Assembly (NCBI RefSeq): GCF_001194135.2
Contig: NC_068998.1
Location: forward strand, 23,592,600-23,656,599
Reading direction: 5' to 3'
DNA from: Octopus bimaculoides
Taxonomy: Eukaryota
DNA length: 64,000 nucleotides
Of this stretch, positions 54,629 through 64,000 are shown in pieces. The notes below the pieces were generated by a model. That model was not told where the DNA came from. It saw nothing but the letters and a program-made list of their open reading frames with translations, and searched no databases. The position numbers were made by a program, and so were the translations under genes. Positions within the stretch are counted from its first letter, which is position 1. Each line of letters starts with the position of its first letter.

Positions 54629-55660
54629 CACAGGATACAGTGAATAAACTGTCGTCGAAATTGAGCAAAAATAGAAATAACACTCACATTTCATTTTAAC
54701 AGATATATTTACCAAAAATTGCATAAGAATATCGTTAAATATTAAAGAGTGAATTTATTCAATAAAATCGCCAATGCCTTTAATCACAGCCTCTGGACGA
54801 CTTCGGAATCTTCTGCATCTCTTATGGACAGTCACCTTGTTTAAGTTGGTGAATGCTTCCATAATCCTTGCCTTCATTTTATCTTTGGTGTTACAAGGAT
54901 TTTTGAGGCCTCTCGCTCAACAGTGTCCCATACATAATAATGAAGGGAGTTTCGACATCACCCATAACATCTGGCAAACTAACTCTCCAGACTGAAATCT
55001 GGCCAGATGTTTGGGGTGATGTTGCAGTAATTGTTTGACAACCATGACCGGGCACTACTGCTTCTATGGCATGGTGCAGAGTCCTGTTGAAAGACATAGG
55101 GTCTTCTACCCTATTGACACAGGGCAGCGCTGCATTCCCCGGATATTAGATGTAGGCCACCGTCTTGAGCGGTAGGCCATGTGAGAAGATGATCGGAGGC
55201 ATAACATCGCTATCACTAATGATCAATCCAAATGCCATGATGTTTAATGGATGTTTGATTGTTATCACTGTCGGTATGTATCTGTGTGCGCGCGTTTGTG
55301 CATGTGTCCATGTTTGTGTGAGCATTTGTTGCTTTGTGATTAAAACGTTTACGTCTGACACCCTTTATAAACCCGGGCTATTCAAACATTTAGCTTTTTA
55401 TGGGATGATTGCACCGTCCTCGGATTGGCACCAAACTCTCTGAAACGTTAATATTGCTGCTTCCGGTGCGAATGCCAAGCAGTACAGCATGTCGTTTTCA
55501 ACGTACTGACCCACCGAACCGCATCATGAAGCTCTTTTTTTCTGACAAACGGTGCCTAGATGATCGTACTATACTGTGTAGTCATCAAAATCTAGAACAA
55601 ACAATGTACGTGGGAGAAATTAAAAATATAAAATGGCGACAATTTTCATCGGATGCTATA
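54628..55660 (-). mobile_element. DD37D (maT-like) derivative with an internal insertion and a micro-inversion
   Basis: Minus strand KHPLNIMAFGLIISDSDVMPPIIFSHGL...YYVWDTVERE. The 5' end is homologous to 4550-4620. Confidence 0.85.
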
Positions 55661-55692
55661 TAATATTATATAATATTATATATATATATATA

Positions 55693-55900
55693 TACAGGGT
55701 CGCCCAAAAGTATGTTTACATGTATTCAACTATCTCGTTTCATTTATATATTAGCATTTTATATATTAATTATAAAAGAAAACGAAACCCTTATTTTATG
55801 CTAATTTAGTTAATTATGTCAAGCTCCGTTTTCAGTTTGTAAAATCGAAATTTAAATGTAATAAAATGTTTTTAAAGAAAATTTAAGAGCCAACGTGATG
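55693..55900 (+). mobile_element. possible left end of another Tc1/mariner-type element
   Basis: (TA)n-CAGGGTCGCCCAAAAGT start typical of this superfamily; no matching right end found. Confidence 0.3.
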
Positions 55901-56430
55901 TATATATAAAGGTATATCTGGGTACAGGACGTCACAAAAAAACGTGGACAAAATGAAAAGCAGAACATGAACAGAGCACAGAAAACAAACAGGCCACATA
56001 GAGAATATTTCCTTCATCAGCTGCCCCTATGTATAGGAATGTTTGAGGGTCCCGGTGTTATAGAGGGCGTCAGACGTATACTTCTTAATCACAAAGCCCA
56101 AAACATGTATACATTAACACAAACGCACAGACACGCGCTCACTAATACAGACAAAGGCAAATACATGTGTTTAGGAGTACGTATGTGTGTGTGTGCATGT
56201 GTGCGTGTGCATGTGTGCGTGTGCATGTGTACATGAATGTATGTGTGAATGTGTCATATTTACTCGGACAACTTATAAGGAATGGCTAGCTTGGAAATAT
56301 AGACTATATGCAAAGAAAAGAGAGAGAATCTATCTATCTGTGCATGTGTGTGTGTGTTGCTTTAAAATATATATTTATATTATATATATTATACACACAC
56401 ATACACACACACACACACGCATATATATTG

Positions 56431-56553
56431 TTGAAATTTACAGAAAAACAAGCGACGAGGTCAAGTGTATAAACAACAAGCAGGTGTATTAGTTTTGACG
56501 CTCAAGATTGAGAAATACTTTTATATTTCGAGCCTACGTTCTTCAATAGAAAG
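56431..56553. repeat. short interspersed repeat, homologous to 14084-14168, with a degenerate hammerhead-like core on the minus strand
   Basis: Minus strand ttgaagaacgtaggctcGAAAtataaaag. Confidence 0.6.
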
Positions 56554-56653
56554 CAAACAAAGAGAGAATACGAAAATTACCCAGTGAATATATTGTGGTG
56601 CTCTATAATGACTGCACATTATTATTATCATTATCATTATTATTATTATTATT

Positions 56654-57453
56654 GTTCAGTAGTTTTATTTTTATAACGTGCTTTCACTTCACTACCGAGC
56701 GCAGCTCTGTGCGCCTTGGGTATGTACTGTGGTTTGCTGTGGTGCTCTTATGTTTACTGTATTGAAAGTGTTTTGCGTAGAATGTGTACAGTACCCAGTA
56801 GTGCAATTTTCTGTATGTTATTTATATTTGTAAGTCCTGGTGTTTTTGTTATGTATTTGTCTGAATATTTTTTTTATTATACCTAAGGCACTTACTATGA
56901 TAGGAATTGTTTCTGTTTTTAGACTCCGCATTCGAGTTATCTCTATTTCCAGGTCTTTGNNNNNNNNNNNNNNNNNNNNNNNNNNNNNNNNNNNNNNNNN
57001 NNNNNNNNNNNNNNNNNNNNNNNNNNNNNNNNNNNNNNNNNNNNNNNNNNNNNNNNNNNNNNNNNNNNNNNNNNNNNNNNNNNNNNNNNNNNNNNNNNNN
57101 NNNNNNNNATTCCATAGTGTTGGCATAGCTTCCAGTGTATATAGGTCCCAGCTCTGTCGTGTCTGTGAATGTATTCCTTCTTAGCCAGGACTGGGCAGCC
57201 AGAGATAATATGATTTATTGTTTCTTGTCCATCTCCACATATTCTACAGTTACTTGTTATATTTCTTTTCATTATGTGTTTTTGGTAATTTCTGGTGGGG
57301 AGGCTCTGGTCTTGTGCAGCAATTAAAAATCCTTCAGTCTCTGCTTTGAGTCCTGAGCTTCTCAGCCATTGCTGGGATTTTTCTCTGTCTATTTCTTTCG
57401 CATTTAGTTTAGCCCAGGATTTACCATGTAGGGGCTTTTCTTGCCATCGTTTT
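56654..57453 (-). mobile_element. R4/Dong-clade (REL-endonuclease) non-LTR retrotransposon, 3' fragment
   Basis: WQEKPLHG...GLKAETEGFLIAAQDQSLPTRNY...CRICGDGQETINHIISGC (CX2CX8HX4C)...RHD...DLEIEITRM...IPIIVSALG. (TAA)n tracts flank both sides. Confidence 0.9.
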
Positions 57454-57454
57454 A

Positions 57455-57501
<47 letters not shown>

Positions 57502-59618
57502 GTCGTTGTTATTGTTGTTGTTGTTATTATTATTATTATCATTATTATTATTATAATACTGTAAAAAGAATAGTATTGACAGTAGCTTCTCAATTTTAGC
57601 CTGCTTAGCATTCATCGCACTCTTACACATGCGTTCATTTTGGTTTTATATAGGTTGTAGTAAGTTTAATTTTCTTGGCGTTGTTGGAACGCTCTTAAGC
57701 CATGATCAGTTTCTAAGCTAGGTTGAGATGTCTAGATATTATGAAGGAATTTCAGCAAGGAAATATGGAGTAGTTACAATTCTGAATTCAGTTATTCATG
57801 TAAAAGTTTTTAATCGGATGTTCTTCATTTAATCGGATGTGATACCTTGATGTTTTAGTTTTAATTTCAGCGGGGGCTCTTATTTATAGTTTTGACCATC
57901 ATACAAGATGTTGTTAATAAATACGCTTATTTAGTTGTTTCAGATTTCAATCATTGTCATTATACTATACAATTGTGTTTATCTGTAGCTTAAAGCGTTG
58001 ACACGTTGTTTTGAGAGCATTACAATTTCCATGACGTAAAACTAACATACTCAAATACTGAGATCTCATTAAAAATATGTTTATGGCGGATTAAACCATG
58101 CGTAATAGTTCAGTCCACCATTCGAAAACGAACTCAATAAACCTCCTAAATGACACCAACAACAAATAAAGGAAGATGTTGACCAACTAAACATTTTGTG
58201 TTAACTGCTAATCATAACCTCAAGATTTGAAGCCCTCACCCTTAAATAGATACACCAGATTACAAATCTCTAATTACTGCATTGAATTCGAAACAATAAA
58301 TAAAGTTGAAATTTAATTGCTGAAAACCTACCACAAATGTATTGACAACAGAACATACATACAAACTTATTATTCAGCAGATCTTCACCTACCCAAGAAT
58401 ATGTTATCTTGTTAGAGATTATATGAAGCCAAGATGTACTTAAATGTACCGCAGTCCGACTAAGGCTAAGCAGGTCAAAAGTTCGAAATCACAATCAACA
58501 TCATTGTTTTAAAAAAACATAACATGTACTCTACAACATGTATTGAGTAATCATTCAGCTCTTTACTGTTACTTGACTTATGCGCGATTATACATCAATA
58601 TTAAAGTACAAATTTAGAAAAACCTATCAACAAACCAAAACAGCATGGCAGCATGGGAAGATGTATAATTCAGACCCTCAACACATTCCTGTTGCTACTT
58701 TCATTTTTCGAACCTACACTGCAAAAACTGATGCAAAATGCGAATTCAGATTCATGTATGAACTCATCAACAAAGATAATGCACAGCACTATAATCGTGG
58801 CTATTTCACTTCATCATAGATGTGAGTAGCCATTGATAAAACTTGATTACAGCACGACACATATACAGCATGTGTTTTATATACATTAAGATAAGTCCTA
58901 CTCACAGCTTTGAAGGTGCTTTGAAGGTGCTTTGATATGCATAATATGTATGTTGTACGATGATAAATTCAATTGAAATTAATTTTATGCCTTCGGAAAT
59001 CGATACAGAATGTCTGACTAACATATTATAATGACACCGACCGCCATAGTTTCACTATTAAACACTATGTATAGAAACAATTTATGCATCGCACTGGAAT
59101 TCGTTGTTTGTTCAACTGCACATCTTGTTAGATAGCGGCTTTTGTTCGAATCTTAACGAAAATATATTCATGCAGTTGCAACATCAGAAAATGCATTTGT
59201 CGTCTTTAAATTTTATATATTGTTCTTCTTAAGTATATACTTAAAGAAAAATAGATAAATTACGTTTGTTTTGCTTGACATTCCTGTTGGATGCCTCCTG
59301 TCTTAATCTTTGGCCAGGTTTTAGAGGTTACTTTTTATTCATGTCAAGTAGATGGCTTCTAGGTCTTATATCATGTTTAGCTTATACAAACGTGAAATAC
59401 AAGCAAGGAGGAATGAATATTTTTGAAAAGGTCAGGAATTGCGTGGAGAGGAGACAAATTATAGTGAAAAGAGTAAATTATGGATTTATTCCTGCTGTGT
59501 TTACAACATTTCTTTTTCAGCATTGTACAATAAATAAGCACTGGTGCACTACTAAACATATAAAAAGAAATGAATACGAAGACACGTATCAGCATATATA
59601 TATATATATATATATATA

Positions 59619-60230
59619 NNNNNNNNNNNNNNNNNNNNNNNNNNNNNNNNNNNNNNNNNNNNNNNNNNNNNNNNNNNNNNNNNNNNNNNNNNNNNNNNNN
59701 NNNNNNNNNNNNNNNNNNNNNNNNNNNNNNNNNNNNNNNNNNNNNNNNNNNNNNNNNNNNNNNNNNNNNNNNNNNNNNNNNNNNNNNNNNNNNNNNNNNN
59801 NNNNNNNNNNNNNNNNNNNNNNNNNNNNNNNNNNNNNNNNNNNNNNNNNNNNNNNNNNNNNNNNNNNNNNNNNNNNNNNNNNNNNNNNNNNNNNNNNNNN
59901 NNNNNNNNNNNNNNNNNNNNNNNNNNNNNNNNNNNNNNNNNNNNNNNNNNNNNNNNNNNNNNNNNNNNNNNNNNNNNNNNNNNNNNNNNNNNNNNNNNNN
60001 NNNNNNNNNNNNNNNNNNNNNNNNNNNNNNNNNNNNNNNNNNNNNNNNNNNNNNNNNNNNNNNNNNNNNNNNNNNNNNNNNNNNNNNNNNNNNNNNNNNN
60101 NNNNNNNNNNNNNNNNNNNNNNNNNNNNNNNNNNNNNNNNNNNNNNNNNNNNNNNNNNNNNNNNNNNNNNNNNNNNNNNNNNNNNNNNNNNNNNNNNNNN
60201 NNNNNNNNNNNNNNNNNNNNNNNNNNNNNN
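59619..60230. other. assembly gap (one of 14 N-runs; others start near 1640, 2524, 7277, 13702, 20597, 37178, 41838, 45673, 49111, 56960, 61035, 62172, 63590)
   Basis: N characters; most runs are flanked by (TA)n. Long X-containing ORFs are artefacts of these gaps. Confidence 0.99.
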
Positions 60231-60279
<49 letters not shown>

Positions 60280-62360
60280 TTGCATGTTCAAATTCGTGTC
60301 CACAAATGATAATCAATTCAAGTGGATAGACGTGCAAAAATTATGATACAGGTCTATTTGCTGTTCACCCGCAAAGTGTTTCATGAAATATTTCAACAAA
60401 AGATTCGGTTTATGGCGACAGAAACGTGAATATGTTAAGAATAATGTTCTTTTGATTTGTTTGGAGTGTGCACCAACGGGGGGCCGAGATCATTGTGTCA
60501 CTCACCCATTAAGTATGTCAAAATATTTCTGTAGAATGTTAGATTTTTGGCGACATGTTATTATCTGTGAATGTGTAGTTGAACATATAATAATTCATAT
60601 TGAAAAATATATCTATGTGTTTCCCAGTTTAAAAGGAAATCACAAATACCGTTAGTCTGAGTATGACATTTGCAATGTTCATAGTATCTCCCCAATGACA
60701 CTTTAGCTACTGATGTTGGTTGTCGCTTAATATCCAGATATTCATCCATTAAGTCGTGACAAAACATTGTTAAGTATATCTCAAAGTATATTTATGTTGG
60801 TGATATTTACTCGGAAAAAAGTATTTACATTTAATTTGATCTATACATCGTATATAGATATACAATAGATTTATATATGCCATGAAAGTTTTGATGCGCA
60901 GAAGAAGAGAAATTCAGAATCTAAAGTTTAAAATGTACACAGTGCAACCTAAACTTTTTATTATATATGTTATAATTTCTATGATAATGTTCGTTGCACT
61001 CAGGATGTTTTCTTCGTTTTGAATTCATGTATATNNNNNNNNNNNNNNNNNNNNNNNNNNNNNNNNNNNNNNNNNNNNNNNNNNNNNNNNNNNNNNNNNN
61101 NNNNNNNNNNNNNNNNNNNNNNNNNNNNNNNNNNNNNNNNNNNNNNNNNNNNNNNNNNNNNNNNNNNNNNNNNNNNNNNNNNNNNNNNNNNNNNNNNNNN
61201 NNNNNNNNNNNNNNNNNNNNNNNNNNNNNNNNNNNNNNNNNNNNNNNNNNNNNNNNNNNNNNNNNNNNNNNNNNNNNATATATATATATATATACATAAT
61301 ACAATTACAATGATTGCCGGGATTAGTACACCTCCATATGATTTTATTATTTATACAGCATATTTGATGAAAATATGTCCGATGCACGATTCTGCTGCAT
61401 AGGTATCTGTATAGGTAATTGCATTCAAATGTGATTGAATTTGCATGTAGTTACTTTGAACTGGTTATTAGTCAATGAAACATTATTCAGGATCTATCCT
61501 CTGACGTGGTCTGAAGTGAACTACGCGTATGAATATTTAGCTCGCATTATACAACTTCACTATAGTTAATGGGTATAAATAATGTGCGAGCAAGATTTGA
61601 TGATAAGCGGAAATATCATGAAACCGTTAGAAGATGATAAGGGTTTGCTCCCTTGCTTGCAATGTATACCGAGTGCAGATTACACTCGGTAACCATTTGG
61701 TGGAGGCTCTACAAGAGGCTAAGCTGTAGTGCTGTCGGACAGCCATAATGATGTTGCGATAAACATTACTTCTCAGTATGGCTACTACTTTAATTTCTTA
61801 TTAAAAGCTTCTATCTGGCTACTTTGCATATTTGTAATATCAGTGACTGATTGCCGCTTAGTTTTCTATATATTTCGATCTGTAAGGAGTTCTTGCTATC
61901 TCTGGCAATGAATATAGGCAGAAATAGCCCCAAACCGTTCAGGCTGGTGATCCCATCGTCTGCTACGATATTGTAGGGGCTTCGCTCTCCTGCTTGTAAT
62001 ATATCCTGCATGTAGATAGCAGAGGTAACCAGCTGGCGGATGCTATGCTTGGGGTTAAACGGTAGAACATCCGAACAGCAATATTGTTGTGGCGATAACC
62101 ATTACATCTCGGTATAATTACTACTTTCATCTCTCATAAGCTATTTTGCTTATATATATATATATATATATNNNNNNNNNNNNNNNNNNNNNNNNNNNNN
62201 NNNNNNNNNNNNNNNNNNNNNNNNNNNNNNNNNNNNNNNNNNNNNNNNNNNNNNNNNNNNNNNNNNNNNNNNNNNNNNNNNNNNNNNNNNNNNNNNNNNN
62301 NNNNNNNNNNNNNNNNNNNNNNNNNNNNNNNNNNNNNNNNNNNNNNNNNNNNNNNNNNNN

Positions 62361-62404
<44 letters not shown>

Positions 62405-63547
62405 AGAGAGAGAGAGAGAGAGAGATACATTCATTCGTACGTGCATACATATCAACTTACATACAAGCATTATATCTTGTATAATATCGTTACTGCCATT
62501 AGACACTATAATATATTGATAATGGATTTTTATCGAGACACATAGCATATTTTTCGGCAGGTCTGTAATCAATTGAATCAAACCCGCTAAATTCATAACA
62601 TTTAGTGAAAAATGATAAACGGAGAGAAATTTGAACCTTTTTCAATCGTAAATATTTATAACTATATAGAACAAAAGCCGTTTATCCGTTGCTGCCACTG
62701 TCCTCTGTCAGCTTTAACAAGTGAAGCTGCGCGTTTACAAGTGACATTTTGTATGTTTTTAGTGCACTTTGTTGAAATGGCAGCCATACATCCGTTAATC
62801 CGTTCTTTCATCAAGGGAAACTACAATATCCATAGCAACACTAAAAATAAATGACTAGAACAACAATAACGAGAACAACAGCAATAACCACCCAGGGACA
62901 CTGATGACGCTTAGAACCTATTTACAACATAATCACTCGATTTGAATCAAATATATTCAACCTTAAATTTCAAACATAAGTGATGATAATTTTGTTATTT
63001 TTATCTTTACGTATCTAGTTACATACTTTCGTTTGGCTAGGCCGACCTTATTTGGCTTATACTTGATCAATTGAATGCCACAATGACCACGCTATACATT
63101 TAAACGCATTATTATTCAATATAGTTATCACTTCTTTTCCTAAAAAGTAGAATGACATTTGAACAAAATATGAGTGCCAATTGCATCAGGGTTGTCGACC
63201 AAATATTCCCTATCAGTTTCTGACTAGTATTCGCCCCAACAATGTTATGCACTTTTGTTATAAGAACTGATTAATGTAGAACATAACGTAACGAAACTCT
63301 GCATGCAAACTTGTGAGATAATTACTGTGGAATAAGGAAAACGAAATGGGATGTGAACTTTGACAGGGATTCAGCGACAGACAAAAATAAAGAAAGAAAG
63401 AAAGAATGCATATGTGTAGCGATGGACATGATGGTAATATAGACGATATGAAATTATGAATATAGATTGGTTAGGAAGAGTTAGGAAGATGCGAAGGTGT
63501 ATACAGAGAAGAAGACTCATAAATGAGAAGTTGCAGAATATATGGTA

Positions 63548-63589
<42 letters not shown>

Positions 63590-63956
63590 NNNNNNNNNNN
63601 NNNNNNNNNNNNNNNNNNNNNNNNNNNNNNNNNNNNNNNNNNNNNNNNNNNNNNNNNNNNNNNNNNNNNNNNNNNNNNNNNNNNNNNNNNNNNNNNNNNN
63701 NNNNNNNNNNNNNNNNNNNNNNNNNNNNNNNNNNNNNNNNNNNNNNNNNNNNNNNNNNNNNNNNNNNNNNNNNNNNNNNNNNNNNNNNNNNNNNNNNNNN
63801 NNNNNNNNNNNNNNNNNNNNNNNNNNNNNNNNNNNNNNNNNNNNNNNNNNNNNNNNNNNNNNNNATATATATGGACATACATACACACACACATTGATAC
63901 ATGTGTATATATGCGTGTATGTTTGTTTATCACCATGTGTTTGCGTGGGTGATTGT

Positions 63957-64000
<44 letters not shown>

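Noticed and set aside
55995-56020. Minus-strand CTGATGA motif
   Set aside because: No stem II followed by GAAA; not a hammerhead.
61667-61691. Perfect 9-bp hairpin taccgagtg/cactcggta as a Helitron 3' end or terminator
   Set aside because: No CTRR terminus or U-tract at the expected distance on either strand.
1-64000. CRISPR array, prokaryotic operons, intact tRNA, rRNA or snRNA genes
   Set aside because: No regularly spaced repeat-spacer units or gene-dense coding blocks. All tRNA-like motifs belong to SINE heads.

Overview
AT-rich, repeat-dense eukaryotic scaffold segment with 14 N-gaps, most flanked by (TA)n. The SINE families and microsatellite load look like an octopod cephalopod genome (inference from repeat style, not a database result). 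I found no intact long ORF, tRNA or rRNA gene, or CRISPR array. Most ORF-track entries are microsatellite or gap artefacts. Recognisable content is decayed mobile DNA: (1) the 5' part of a Penelope-like element (PLE) with a minimal type I hammerhead ribozyme, plus an inverted copy of the same ribozyme-bearing terminus joined to a tRNA-like B-box head; (2) about 12 tRNA-derived SINEs in two families; (3) CR1/L2-type, Tx1-type and R4/Dong-type LINE fragments; (4) a near full-length mariner pseudogene and three DD37D (maT) derivatives sharing one internal deletion. The best lead is the possible tRNA-headed, Penelope-tailed, hammerhead-carrying SINE at 133-433. Lesser leads are a 119-bp foldback hairpin, a SprT-like HExxH remnant and a phase-consistent pair of candidate terminal exons. 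None is proven from sequence alone.
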